Positions 19,139-29,446 of a stretch of 64,000 nucleotides of DNA are shown piece by piece. The position numbers and the translations under genes are program-made. The DNA comes from Pseudomonadales bacterium (GTDB lineage: Bacteria; Pseudomonadota; Gammaproteobacteria; Pseudomonadales; Azotimanducaceae). The stretch lies in the NCBI GenBank assembly GCA_049454295.1, contig JBMTYG010000001.1, forward strand, positions 17,454 through 81,453, given 5' to 3'. Under the pieces are notes generated by a model. The model had not been told where the DNA came from. It did no database searches and was given only the letters and a program-made list of their open reading frames with translations. Numbering within the stretch: position 1 is the stretch's first letter; every line of letters begins with the position of its first letter.

Positions 19139-20683
19139 TCAGGCGCTATAGGCGCGCTCGCCGTGAGAGGCCGTGTCGAGACCTTGACGTTCGTCTTCCT
19201 CGGAAACCCGAAGCCCGACGACCAGGTCAGCGATCTTGTAAGCGATGAAGGCGACTACGCCGGACCACACAATCGTGATCAGCACGCCCTTCGCTTGAAC
19301 CAGGACCTGACCCGCAAGGGTCTCGTTCGGGAAGCCAACACCGCCCAACGCCGGAGACGCGACGATGCCGGTGCCGATCGCGCCGATGATGCCGCCCACC
19401 CCGTGGATGCCAAACACGTCCAGCGAGTCGTCATAACCGAGCACACGCTTCAAGCCGACGACCGCCCAGAGACAGCCGAGACCCGCTACCGCGCCGAGCA
19501 CGATACCGCCCATGGGTCCCGCGATGCCCGCTGCCGGCGTGATCGCGACCAGACCCGCTACGACCCCGGACGCCAGTCCCAGCATCGACGGATGTCCGCG
19601 CAGCAGCCATTCGCCGAACATCCAGGCGAGACCACCCGCCGCGGTCGCGAGAATCGTGTTCACGAACGCAAGTGCCGCAGAGCCGTTCGCCTCGAGCGCA
19701 GAGCCCGCGTTGAAGCCGAACCAGCCCACCCACAGCAGTGAGGCACCGATCATGGTGAACGGCAGATTGTGCGGCGCCATCGCATCGCGGCCGAACCCGA
19801 CGCGCTTGCCGAGCACAATCGCGCCTACCAGCGCCGCGATACCGGAATTGATGTGCACAACCGTACCGCCGGCGAAATCGAGGTCGCCCGCCTCAAACAA
19901 GTAGCCACCCGTGGCCCAGACCATGTGCGCAATCGGGAGGTAGGAAAAGGTGAACCAGATCACCACGAAAATCAGCAGAGCGGAGAACTTAACGCGCTCC
20001 GCGAGACCGCCGACGATGAGCGCGACGGTGATGGCCGCAAAAGTGAGCTGGAAACCGACGAATGTGAGTTCGGGGATCACCACGCCCTCAGAGAAGGTCG
20101 CCGCGGTGCTATCGCCCGTGATACCGGCCAAGAACAGCTTGCTCGTGTCACCAATCATCCAGTTCCAGGCACCGCCGTCGCCAAATGCGAGGGAATAACC
20201 ATAAATCGCCCATAACAAGCCGACGACACAGAAAATGGCTAACACCTGGGTGAGGACCGACAGCATGTTCTTGGAGCGGACCAGGCCGCCGTAGAACAGC
20301 GCCACCCCCGGCACGATCATGAGGATAACGAGCAGCGTAGACACCATCATCCACGCCGTATCGCCCTTGTCGGGCACCGGCGCCGCTTCTTCGACGACGG
20401 CTTCCTCTGCCACGGCTTCCTCAACGGCGGCTTCTACCGCCTCGACAACCGCTTCCGCAGCCTCAGGCGTTTCGGCGACGACATCGACTTCGATGGCGAC
20501 CTCAACCTCTGAGACCGACGCCTCCGCAGGCGCTGCCGCCTCTTCAGCCAACGCGGTACTCGGCGCCATGAGTGCCGCGACACTCATTACGAAGCCTGCC
20601 GCAAGCGCAAATTTTCGCATCGATGCCAGAGCAACCCCGCGCGGGGCGTCTGGCACATGCCGGGAACGAAGCAGATCTTCCAC
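19139..20683 (-). CDS. amtB: Ammonium transporter with signal peptide and acidic N-terminal extension
   Basis: Amt core: DTAWMMVSTLLVILM, FAGGTVVHINSGIAALVGAIVLGKR, FGIHGVGGIIGAIGTG. Track start 20791 overlaps glnK. A GTG at 20683 has a perfect AAGGAG 7 nt upstream. An alternative ATG at 20620 (MRKFALAAGFVMSVAALMAPSTALA) starts directly at the signal peptide. Confidence 0.9.
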   Translation of the reverse strand: MEDLLRSRHVPDAPRGVALASMRKFALAAGFVMSVAALMAPSTALAEEAAAPAEASVSEVEVAIEVDVVAETPEAAEAVVEAVEAAVEEAVAEEAVVEEAAPVPDKGDTAWMMVSTLLVILMIVPGVALFYGGLVRSKNMLSVLTQVLAIFCVVGLLWAIYGYSLAFGDGGAWNWMIGDTSKLFLAGITGDSTAATFSEGVVIPELTFVGFQLTFAAITVALIVGGLAERVKFSALLIFVVIWFTFSYLPIAHMVWATGGYLFEAGDLDFAGGTVVHINSGIAALVGAIVLGKRVGFGRDAMAPHNLPFTMIGASLLWVGWFGFNAGSALEANGSAALAFVNTILATAAGGLAWMFGEWLLRGHPSMLGLASGVVAGLVAITPAAGIAGPMGGIVLGAVAGLGCLWAVVGLKRVLGYDDSLDVFGIHGVGGIIGAIGTGIVASPALGGVGFPNETLAGQVLVQAKGVLITIVWSGVVAFIAYKIADLVVGLRVSEEDERQGLDTASHGERAYSA

Positions 20684-20711
20684 AATCTTTCTCCTTGTTA
20701 TCGTGCCGAGG

Positions 20712-21113
<402 letters not shown>

Positions 21114-21170
21114 TCAAAACGTGTTCGAGCCGACCTGTGGAAGATCTGTGCGCGCCCGATTCTCCATCAA

Positions 21171-21884
21171 TCACAACACTTTAGATAGCGAGATCACCGG
21201 ACGTGTTTCGCAGGCCTTGGAGCCGCCGAAGCAGTCGTCATCGTCTACGTCCGTACCCACAACACCAATGTTCAGCGATACCCCGGCCACCGGAATCGAG
21301 TACATGACGCTCCAATCCAGCACCTCTTCGTCGCCAAAGGAGGCTTCCCAGTCGCCAGCATCGTTATCGTCGGTCATGCTGTATCCCGCTTTAATGACCA
21401 GCGAGGCCTCTGCCGGCAGGCTGATCGTGTAGCCGACGTTCGGATATACCCAGCTCACATCCTCCAGGGCGAAGTACTCTTCCGAGTAGGCAACACCAAA
21501 CGTGAAAGCGCCCCAGGAAACCATGGCGTGATATTCGTTGTAGTCGTACGTGGAGCCATTGCCCGGATACTCATACCGGATGTAGCGCAGATCATAGGTC
21601 GCGTCATCACTCAGCGTTCCTTTGAAGCCGCCGTAGAAATCCCATTCCATACTGGTATCGGTGAAGCCGCTGACATTCGATCCCCAGGTGCCCACGTAGA
21701 ACCCTGAGTCAAATGCCACGTCGAAACCGCCCTGGATAGCCGGGTCGCGATCGGTCTGCGACACACCGCGGAACGGGTAGTCTGAAGCGATAGTGACGTT
21801 ACCAGCGACTTCCACTGCCTGCGCTGCGAATGCGCTTCCCAGCAAGCAAGCGCCGCCGAGCAGAGTGGTAATGTGCTTGTTCAT
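21171..21884 (-). CDS. TorF-family putative outer-membrane porin
   Basis: Trimmed to ATG 21884. MNKHITTLLGGACLLGSAFAAQA signal peptide, then NVTIASDYPFRGVSQTDRDPAIQGGFDV..GFYVGTWGSNV, alternating beta-strand pattern. This family is often found just upstream of glnK-amtB. Confidence 0.7.
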   Translation of the reverse strand: MNKHITTLLGGACLLGSAFAAQAVEVAGNVTIASDYPFRGVSQTDRDPAIQGGFDVAFDSGFYVGTWGSNVSGFTDTSMEWDFYGGFKGTLSDDATYDLRYIRYEYPGNGSTYDYNEYHAMVSWGAFTFGVAYSEEYFALEDVSWVYPNVGYTISLPAEASLVIKAGYSMTDDNDAGDWEASFGDEEVLDWSVMYSIPVAGVSLNIGVVGTDVDDDDCFGGSKACETRPVISLSKVL

Positions 21885-22023
21885 GAGTGCTCCTCTTATC
21901 GATCTTGGTGCAGGTGGACTCATCGGTCCCCCACGGTTTGTCGGACCACGGTTTCTGGCGTGGACAGCGATCCTCGCCGCCCTGTGGGATCCGCGCTGCG
22001 CCTTCGGTGCGCCTCGCCCTCTT

Positions 22024-22039
22024 CGCATTAACCGTGCCA
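22024..22039 (-). promoter_or_regulatory. Candidate sigma54 (-24/-12) promoter for the porin-glnK-amtB unit
   Basis: The minus strand reads TGGCACGgttaATGCg, with GG and GC at the consensus spacing of TGGCACG-N4-TTGCW. It lies about 140 nt upstream of the porin ATG. An AT-rich stretch (22045-22080) and three CGCACC motifs (22101, 22143, 22176) lie further upstream, where an IHF bend and NtrC enhancer sites would be expected. Confidence 0.5.
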
Positions 22040-22279
22040 GTTCGGAAAACCCCGTAAATTCAGTCGTTTAAAAAGAAGTCACGGAGAATGCCCTGGAGCG
22101 CGCACCGATTTGACCGCTACGCGCGCCCTAATTTTGTGCATACGCACCGTGAAGGGGCGATGATTGCGCGTCTAACGCACCCTCCTTCTCGCCACCAGCT
22201 GACGCTTAGCCGAGCACATGAGCCATGACCCGCCGCGCTGCCGCCCTTACCATGCACCACATCATTGATGGAGTGATCC

Positions 22280-22552
22280 ATGGAACGTGACACCCTCTTC
22301 GCCCGGGTTATCGAGCAATTCAGTCAGTCGCTGAATGCCGCTATGCCTGGCAGCCAGACCGAGCGGCTCGCGGTTGGGCTAAAGGAGGCCCTGAACGCTG
22401 CGCTCGCGGAAATCGAGCTCGTTCCCCGACGTGAACTCGAGGGACATCTGGAAGCGCTCAACGGGCTGCGCGCGCGCGTCCTGGAACTCGAGGCACGCGT
22501 GCGTTCGCTGGAACAGGCCAACGCGGCGGAACAGGCACCGGAACAGGGCTGA
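22280..22552 (+). CDS. ubiK: Ubiquinone biosynthesis accessory factor UbiK (BMFP/YqiC family)
   Basis: 90 aa. FSQSLNAAMPG..GLKEALNAALAEIELVPRRELEGHLEALNGLRARVLELEARVRSLE, the short coiled-coil protein typical of this family. Confidence 0.75.
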   Translation: MERDTLFARVIEQFSQSLNAAMPGSQTERLAVGLKEALNAALAEIELVPRRELEGHLEALNGLRARVLELEARVRSLEQANAAEQAPEQG

Positions 22553-22555
22553 CCC

Positions 22556-24121
22556 ATGCCCCCCGCCCTGCACGCTCGCCCGGAGCACCCAGCGACGGCA
22601 GCCGCACCGACGGGTCACCGCGCGTTCAGTCGGGCATTGCTCGGCATGGATGCACCGGCGGTAACCGTGGAGACTCATCTCCCGGGTGGACTGCCAAGCT
22701 TCACCCTCGTGGGGCTGCCAGAGACCGCCGTGCGGGAGGCCAGAGACCGCGTCCGCAGCGCCATCCAGAACTGCGGCCTCGACTTTCCGGCCGGTCGCGT
22801 CGTCGTGAATCTGGCCCCCGCAGATCTGGTGAAAGAAGGCGCCCGATACGATCTGGCCATCGCCATCAGCATCCTGTGCGCTACCGGACAGGTTCCCGCT
22901 GAGCGAGCTCGCGCGTTTGAGTTTCTAGGCGAACTGGGGCTTTTCGGGGAGTTACGCGCGGTGCGAGGCGCCCTCTGCGCTGTCCTGGCGTTGCAGCTTG
23001 ACGGCTCGACGCGTCAACTTGTCATCCCAGCGCCGAACGGTGCGGAGGCAAGTACGGGCGCGGGACGACCGCCCGTGACCGCACGCCACCTGCGCGAGGT
23101 TGTCGAGCTACTCGTCAACGACCGGACACCGCCCGCACAAGAGCGGCCGCGCCTTTTCCCGTCAGCACAGACGGTCTCGTTGTCCGATGTGATCGGACAG
23201 TCCGCCGCCAAACGCGCGCTGGTCGTGAGCGCAGCGGGGGGGCACCATCTGCTTTTCGTCGGACCGCCTGGCACGGGCAAGACGATGCTCGCGCACCGAC
23301 TTGCGAGGCTGCTGCCGCGCTTGGGGGAGGCCGAGGAGCTTGAGGTTGCTGCGATCCACTCAGCCGCCGGCGTTGCACCGCCGCCCCCGGGTGTGGCGCC
23401 CTTTCGAGAGCCACATCACAGCGCGAGCACCGCCGCCATTGCTGGGGGAGGCCCGCAGGCAATGCCCGGAGAGATATCGCTCGCTCATGCTGGGGTTCTT
23501 TTCCTCGACGAACTGCCGCACTTTCGACCGAGCGTGCTCGATCTCCTGCGTGAGCCGTTGGAATCCCGAGCCATCACCCTTGCCCGCGCTCGCTACCGCA
23601 CCCGGTTCCCCGCGAGATTCCAGCTCGTCGCCGCCATGAACCCATGCCCGGCCGGCCGAATCTGTTCGCCTCCCGCGTGCCGCTGTAGCCCAGACAGCGT
23701 CAGGCGCTACCAGGCCCGCATCTCAGGACCGCTGCTCGATCGTATCGACCTGCACGTCGCGGTGCCCGAAATTCCCGCAGCCGCGCTCCTTAATGATGAT
23801 GGGTCAACTGCACCCGTGATCGGCATCCACGCCATAGAGGATGCTCGGCAACGTCAGATCAATCGCCAGGGGATGCTGAACGCGGAACTGGGGGCACCCT
23901 CGCTAAGAACCGTCGCCCAACTTCCAGCGGATGCGCGTCGGTTGCTCGCACAGGCGGTGGAGCGCTTTCGCCTTTCCGCGCGCTCTGCGCACCGCGTGCT
24001 ACGGACCAGCCGCACCATCGCGGACATTGCCGGCAGTCCGGGTGTCCAACGCGAACATCTGGTTGAAGCCCTCGGATACCGGGGCATTGACTGGGAGCGG
24101 GGCGCAGGCGGAGGCGCTTGA
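22556..24121 (+). CDS. comM: YifB/ComM family Mg-chelatase-like AAA+ ATPase
   Basis: FTLVGLPETAVREARDRVRSAIQN, NLAPADLVKEGARYDLAIAISIL, Walker A LLFVGPPGTGKTML, GVLFLDELPHF, ARFQLVAAMNPCP. The ATG is 1 nt after the ubiK stop codon. Confidence 0.93.
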   Translation: MPPALHARPEHPATAAAPTGHRAFSRALLGMDAPAVTVETHLPGGLPSFTLVGLPETAVREARDRVRSAIQNCGLDFPAGRVVVNLAPADLVKEGARYDLAIAISILCATGQVPAERARAFEFLGELGLFGELRAVRGALCAVLALQLDGSTRQLVIPAPNGAEASTGAGRPPVTARHLREVVELLVNDRTPPAQERPRLFPSAQTVSLSDVIGQSAAKRALVVSAAGGHHLLFVGPPGTGKTMLAHRLARLLPRLGEAEELEVAAIHSAAGVAPPPPGVAPFREPHHSASTAAIAGGGPQAMPGEISLAHAGVLFLDELPHFRPSVLDLLREPLESRAITLARARYRTRFPARFQLVAAMNPCPAGRICSPPACRCSPDSVRRYQARISGPLLDRIDLHVAVPEIPAAALLNDDGSTAPVIGIHAIEDARQRQINRQGMLNAELGAPSLRTVAQLPADARRLLAQAVERFRLSARSAHRVLRTSRTIADIAGSPGVQREHLVEALGYRGIDWERGAGGGA

Positions 24122-24159
24122 TGGCTTCCGCCGGCCGAAAAATGACGCGTATCTGAACG

Positions 24160-24594
24160 CTACTGCGCCGCGTCGACCATGTACTGCATCGCACCCTTCA
24201 AATCGTCGTCGCTGCAGCTCACACACGTGCCACGCGCCGGCATCGTGCGAATCCCATTGATGGTGTGATCAAGCAGTGTATCTATCCCCTGGGCGATCCG
24301 CGGTTCCCACGCCGCTGCGTCCCCCAGAACGGGCGCCCCGCCTACACCGCTCGCATGACACGCGAAGCAAAACTGATTGTAGACCTGCTCTCCCGACAAC
24401 GGACCGGACGCCGAGGCCGCGGCGGGTTGGCCACAATCGTCCCCGCTGCGGCAGAGCGACCCGAATGGCTGCAAGCGCTCACGAACCTCGTCCGGCGTAC
24501 CCGGGGGAATCGCGTGAACAAGCGCCGAGATCAGTCCCGCACACAGCCCAAGAACTACCCCTCGTCGCATAACTCGACCCAAACGCGTGCTCAT
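24160..24594 (-). CDS. Cytochrome c5-type monohaem cytochrome
   Basis: Trimmed to ATG 24594. Signal/anchor VVLGLCAGLISALVHA. CFACHASGVGGAP..IAQGIDTLLDHTINGIRTMPARGTCVSCSDDDL (haem CxxCH, distal Met and the c5 disulfide Cys pair). Confidence 0.8.
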   Translation of the reverse strand: MSTRLGRVMRRGVVLGLCAGLISALVHAIPPGTPDEVRERLQPFGSLCRSGDDCGQPAAASASGPLSGEQVYNQFCFACHASGVGGAPVLGDAAAWEPRIAQGIDTLLDHTINGIRTMPARGTCVSCSDDDLKGAMQYMVDAAQ

Positions 24595-24652
24595 GCTCTT
24601 CACGGCGCCTACTCCAGTGGGAAGCTGCAAACGGGCGCGGATTATAGCCAGC

Positions 24653-25816
24653 TCAAGATGTCGCGTCGAACAACTCACGGCCGATCAGCATGCGCCGGAT
24701 TTCGCTCGTCCCCGCCCCGATTTCATACAGCTTGGCATCCCGCAGCAAACGCCCGGCGGGAAAATCATTGATGTAGCCATTGCCGCCCAGGAGCTGAATG
24801 GCGTCGAGCGCTACCGCGGTCGCACGTTCCGCCGCGTAGAGAATGCAACCCGCAGCGTCAAACCGCGTGGTACGCCCCGCATCGCACGCCGCGGCCACTG
24901 CATAGACGTAAGCGCGCGCCGCGTTCGTGACCGTGTACATATCCGCGAGCTTGCCCTGCAGGAGCTGGAATGTGCCAATAGGCTGCCCAAACTGATGCCG
25001 GGTATGCACGTAGGGCAACACCAGATCGAGACACGCCTGCATGATGCCGAGCGGACCACCCGCAAGCACCACACGCTCGTAATCCAGCCCACTCATGAGA
25101 ATGCGCACACCCTGTCCGACGTCACCGAGCACCTGCTGTCGCGAGACGCGACAATTATCGAAGATGAGCTCCGCCGTATCTGAGCCGCGCATGCCGAGCT
25201 TGTCGAGCTTCCGACCCGCGCTGAAGCCCGGCATTCCTTTCTCGATCAAAAAAGCCGTAATTCCACGCGCCCCCAATCCGGGATCGACGGTCGCATAGAC
25301 CACCAGCACATCCGCATCGGGACCGTTGGTGATCCACATCTTGTTACCATTCAGCACGAAGTCGTCGCCGTCGGGCTTCGCGCGCAATCGCATACTGACC
25401 ACATCCGACCCCGCGCCGGGCTCGCTCATGGCAAGCGCCCCCAGCGCGGTGCCGGCGATCAAACGGGGCAGATAGCGCTCACGCTGCGCGTCCGAACCAT
25501 AGCGGCGAATCTGGTTCACGCAGAGATTCGAGTGCGCACCGTAGGAAAGCCCCACCGCCGCCGATGCTCGGCTTAGCTCCTCCATAACGACGCAGTGGGC
25601 GAGATAACCCAGACCCGCGCCCCCGAGCTCCGGCTCAACCGTGATACCGAGTAACCCCAGCGCACCGAGCTCTGGCCAAAGGTCTCGTGGAAACGTGTTG
25701 GTCGCATCGATCTCTGCCGCGCGAGGCGCAATGCGATCCCGAGCAAACGCCGCAACCGACGCCCGGAGCGCGTTGACAATCTCGTCATGACCGAAATCAA
25801 ACTGCAGCATGCTCAC
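24653..25816 (-). CDS. liuA: Isovaleryl-CoA dehydrogenase
   Basis: 387 aa [72 protein letters not shown]. 4-nt overlap with the carboxylase alpha gene. Confidence 0.85.
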   Translation of the reverse strand: MSMLQFDFGHDEIVNALRASVAAFARDRIAPRAAEIDATNTFPRDLWPELGALGLLGITVEPELGGAGLGYLAHCVVMEELSRASAAVGLSYGAHSNLCVNQIRRYGSDAQRERYLPRLIAGTALGALAMSEPGAGSDVVSMRLRAKPDGDDFVLNGNKMWITNGPDADVLVVYATVDPGLGARGITAFLIEKGMPGFSAGRKLDKLGMRGSDTAELIFDNCRVSRQQVLGDVGQGVRILMSGLDYERVVLAGGPLGIMQACLDLVLPYVHTRHQFGQPIGTFQLLQGKLADMYTVTNAARAYVYAVAAACDAGRTTRFDAAGCILYAAERATAVALDAIQLLGGNGYINDFPAGRLLRDAKLYEIGAGTSEIRRMLIGRELFDATS

Positions 25817-27792
25817 TCCAATGTCTTATCCGCTTCGGCCATGGCCTCGTCCTCCAGCTGGACGAGCTCCACGCCCTCCTGAACGCGGTCACCCACGTTG
25901 CATGCGATCGCCCGAACCCGCCCGCTGCGGGGCGCGCGAAGCCCGTGCTCCATCTTCATTGCTTCGACCACGATCAGCAGCGCGCCCGCCTCAACCCAGT
26001 CGCCGACACCGACAGACACTTCGATGACCTGCCCGGGCATGGGCGCCAAAACCCGTTCACCGGGCGCCGCGTCATGCAGATCGTGGCGCATTTCTGGTAG
26101 CTGCCAGCGCTCGCCACTACCGTCACGAGCGACATGCACCACGCGACCCTCGACGCGGACAGCCGCCTCGATCCTGGCCGTTCCAACAAGAATTCGCACA
26201 CGCTCCCGAGTGCTGCCAAGATCAACCAGTGGCAGCGATTGTCCCTCGATGACGATCGTCTGCGCCCGGTCCTGAGCCGACTCTGTAAGCAACAGCGTGA
26301 CACGGTGGTCAGCGCAGATGAGTTCGAACGGAATCGCGGTCCCCTGATTGACACGGAAACCATCACTGACACCCCAGGGACCGTCGCCCTGCGCCGCAAC
26401 TAACAGCGCAACCGCTGCGATCACCGCACCCATCGGGTCGGGTTGGGGATAGAGCGTGTCCGCAGCGTCTTCGATCAGGCGGGTCGTATACACGCCCTCG
26501 CTAAACGCGCGCGTCGCGAGCACCCGTCGAAGGAAGCCAACATTGTGCTCGATGCCTAACAACTCTGTTTCTGCCAGGGCTTTATCCAGCGCCGCTATCG
26601 CCGCGCTGCGATCCGGCCCATGCGCTATGATCTTCGCAAGCATCGGGTCATAGTGCACCGACACCTCGTCACCACTTTCTATGCCGATATCCGTGCGTAT
26701 GTCTGTCGGAAACCGCGCGTGGAGCACAGGTCCGCTCGATGGCAGAAAGCCGCGTAGCGGATTTTCCGCATAAACGCGCGCCTCGACGGCATGGCCATCG
26801 CGTTGGATATCATCCTGCGCAATATCCAGCGGGAGACCCGAGGCAATGCGTAGCTGCCAGGCAACGAGGTCAAAGCCGGTGATCGCCTCGGTGACAGGAT
26901 GCTCGACCTGCAGGCGAGTATTCATCTCCAGAAAATGGAACGCGCCATCTTGCACGATAAATTCCACCGTGCCCGCGCCTTCGTAGCTAATCGCCTTCGC
27001 GACGGCAACGGCCGCCTCCCCCAGTTGTCGGCGCAAGGCGGAGTCGATGCCCAACGCGGGCGCTTCTTCGATTACCTTCTGATGCCGGCGCTGTACCGAG
27101 CAATCGCGTTCGAAGAGATGCAACGTGTGTCCACGCTTGTCAGAAAGCACCTGGACTTCGATATGCTTGGGTCGCGTGAGATAGCGTTCAAGCAGCACGG
27201 AGTCATCAGCGAAGGCCGCCAGCGCCTCGCGGCGAGCGCCCGCGAGCGCTGCGCGCACTTCGTCCGCGCTTCTCACCAGGCGCATACCCCGCCCGCCGCC
27301 GCCAGCCGACGCCTTTATGAGAAGCGGATAGCCGATTCGATTGGCTTCGCTGACAAGGCGCTCATCCGACTGATCATCGCCTTCGTAACCGGGCACAACC
27401 GGAATACCAGCGCGAGCAACCAGCTGCTTTGCAGCGCGCTTCGAACCCATGACGCTAATGGCTTCCGGCGATGGGCCGACAAAGGTCACGCCAGAGGCAA
27501 GGCAAGCTGCCGCCAGTTCCGCATTCTCGGAGAGAAACCCATAGCCTGGGTGCAAGGCGTCCGCCCCGCTTGCCCTGGCCGCTGTCATGATCGCGCCGAT
27601 ATTGAGGTAGCTCAGGGATGCCGCGGCCTCGCCAATCCTAATCGCGTGATCCGCGGTACGGACATGCAGCGCACGGGCGTCCGCGTCGGAATAGACCGCC
27701 ACGGTGGTCATGCCCAGGGCGCGGGCGCTGCGCATGATGCGACAGGCGATCTCGCCACGATTGGCGATCAAAAGCGTTCTGATCATGTTCAC
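25813..27792 (-). CDS. liuD: Methylcrotonoyl-CoA carboxylase alpha subunit (biotin carboxylase + BCCP)
   Basis: 659 aa. [49 protein letters not shown]-terminal biotinyl motif VVEAMKMEH. Flanked by the carboxyltransferase and IVD genes. Confidence 0.85.
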   Translation of the reverse strand: MNMIRTLLIANRGEIACRIMRSARALGMTTVAVYSDADARALHVRTADHAIRIGEAAASLSYLNIGAIMTAARASGADALHPGYGFLSENAELAAACLASGVTFVGPSPEAISVMGSKRAAKQLVARAGIPVVPGYEGDDQSDERLVSEANRIGYPLLIKASAGGGGRGMRLVRSADEVRAALAGARREALAAFADDSVLLERYLTRPKHIEVQVLSDKRGHTLHLFERDCSVQRRHQKVIEEAPALGIDSALRRQLGEAAVAVAKAISYEGAGTVEFIVQDGAFHFLEMNTRLQVEHPVTEAITGFDLVAWQLRIASGLPLDIAQDDIQRDGHAVEARVYAENPLRGFLPSSGPVLHARFPTDIRTDIGIESGDEVSVHYDPMLAKIIAHGPDRSAAIAALDKALAETELLGIEHNVGFLRRVLATRAFSEGVYTTRLIEDAADTLYPQPDPMGAVIAAVALLVAAQGDGPWGVSDGFRVNQGTAIPFELICADHRVTLLLTESAQDRAQTIVIEGQSLPLVDLGSTRERVRILVGTARIEAAVRVEGRVVHVARDGSGERWQLPEMRHDLHDAAPGERVLAPMPGQVIEVSVGVGDWVEAGALLIVVEAMKMEHGLRAPRSGRVRAIACNVGDRVQEGVELVQLEDEAMAEADKTLE

Positions 27793-29429
27793 ATCCGGAA
27801 GATACCGAAGCGGCTCGGTGTGCGGTGCACCTCCGCGTCAGCGCCTTGGCGCAGCACCGGCTCACGACAGGCGGTCGCGAGACCGAGCGCGAGAACCCGT
27901 CGGGTATCGCGCGGATCGATCACACCGTCATCCCATAGCCGCGCGCTCGCGTAATAGGGGTGACCCTGAGCTTCGTATTGCGCCCGAATCTCATCCATGA
28001 AAGCGGTCTGCTCGATCTCCGCCCAGGTCTCTCCACGAGCTGACAAGCCATCTCTGCGAACCGTCGCCAGGACATGCGCCGCCTGCTCACCACCCATCAC
28101 GGAGATACGCGCGTTGGGCCACGTCCAGAGCATCCGCGCCCCATACGCACGGCCGCACATGGCGTAGTTGCCAGCACCGAATGATCCACCGATGACCACC
28201 GTGAACTTGGGCACACCCGCACAGGCGACCGCGTTAACCATCTTGGCACCATCTTTGGCGATACCCTGGTTTTCGAAGCGGCGGCCCACCATAAAGCCGG
28301 AGATGTTCTGCAAGAACAGCAAAGGGATACCGCGCCGATCCGCGAGCTGCACAAAGTGGGCACCCTTTACCGCTGACTCGGAGAACAAGATCCCGTTATT
28401 CGCGAGGATGGCGACGGGGTATCCCTCAATGTGTGCGAAGCCGCAGACCAGCGTTTCGCCATAGAGCGCCTTGAACTCGTGAAATTCGGAGCCATCGACA
28501 ATGCGCGCGATCACCTCACGAACATCGTAGGGCTTACGCGTATCCATGGGCAGCACGCCGTAGAGCTCATCCAGCGCGTGGGCCGGCGGCACTGCGGCGC
28601 GCCGAGTAACAGTATCGGTGTAGCCGAGGTGGCTGTGCGCGACCACCTCCCGCGCAAGCTGGAGCGCATGCACGTCATCCGCTGCCAGGTAGTCAGTGAC
28701 CCCGGACACGCGGCTATGGACGTCACCGCCACCGAGACTTTCCGCATCGACCTCTTCGCCGGTCGCCGCTTTGACCAGGGGTGGTCCGCCCAGAAAGATC
28801 GTGCCCTGATTGCGCACGATAATGGCCTGGTCGCACATCGCCGGCACGTAGGCGCCGCCCGCGGTGCAGGAGCCCATCACCACGGCGATCTGCGGGATGC
28901 CGCGCGCCGACAGCTGTGCCTGGTTGTAAAAAATGCGCCCGAAATGATCGCGATCCGGGAACACTTCATCCTGTAGCGGCAGAAAAGCACCACCGGAATC
29001 GACCAGATAGACGCAGGGCAGGTGATTCTCGAGGGCAATCTCCTGCGCTCGGAGATGCTTCTTCACCGTGACCGGGTAGTACGTTCCACCCTTCACGGTC
29101 GCGTCATTGGCGACGATCATGCAGGGTACGCCGGCGACGCGACCGATGCCGGTGATGATGCCACCCGCAGGCAATGGATCATCGTAAAGCCCATGCCCGG
29201 CGAATTGGCCCAATTCCAGCAACGGAGCACCGGGGTCAACAAGCGTATTCACACGTTCGCGCGGCAGCAGCTTGCCGCGACTGACGTGACGCTCCCGCGA
29301 GCGGGCGTCACCGCCAAGGGCAATGCCGGCCACGGTCGCGCGCAGATCAGCCGCGAGCGCCGCGTGGTGCGCGTGGTTACGCGCGTAGTCGTCACTGCTG
29401 CGGTCAATACGACTCTTGAGCGTGGTCAC
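27789..29429 (-). CDS. liuB: Methylcrotonoyl-CoA carboxylase beta subunit (carboxyltransferase)
   Basis: [59 protein letters not shown]. Track start 29549 overlaps the aminotransferase gene, so I placed the start at the in-frame GTG 29429 ([15 protein letters not shown]). Confidence 0.85.
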   Translation of the reverse strand: MTTLKSRIDRSSDDYARNHAHHAALAADLRATVAGIALGGDARSRERHVSRGKLLPRERVNTLVDPGAPLLELGQFAGHGLYDDPLPAGGIITGIGRVAGVPCMIVANDATVKGGTYYPVTVKKHLRAQEIALENHLPCVYLVDSGGAFLPLQDEVFPDRDHFGRIFYNQAQLSARGIPQIAVVMGSCTAGGAYVPAMCDQAIIVRNQGTIFLGGPPLVKAATGEEVDAESLGGGDVHSRVSGVTDYLAADDVHALQLAREVVAHSHLGYTDTVTRRAAVPPAHALDELYGVLPMDTRKPYDVREVIARIVDGSEFHEFKALYGETLVCGFAHIEGYPVAILANNGILFSESAVKGAHFVQLADRRGIPLLFLQNISGFMVGRRFENQGIAKDGAKMVNAVACAGVPKFTVVIGGSFGAGNYAMCGRAYGARMLWTWPNARISVMGGEQAAHVLATVRRDGLSARGETWAEIEQTAFMDEIRAQYEAQGHPYYASARLWDDGVIDPRDTRRVLALGLATACREPVLRQGADAEVHRTPSRFGIFRM

Positions 29430-29446
29430 GTGCGTCTCCGTCGAGT

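Noticed and set aside
26899-27954. 351-aa + ORF
   Set aside because: It is antisense to the biotin carboxylase gene, whose ATP-grasp and biotinyl motifs are clear. It has no motifs of its own.
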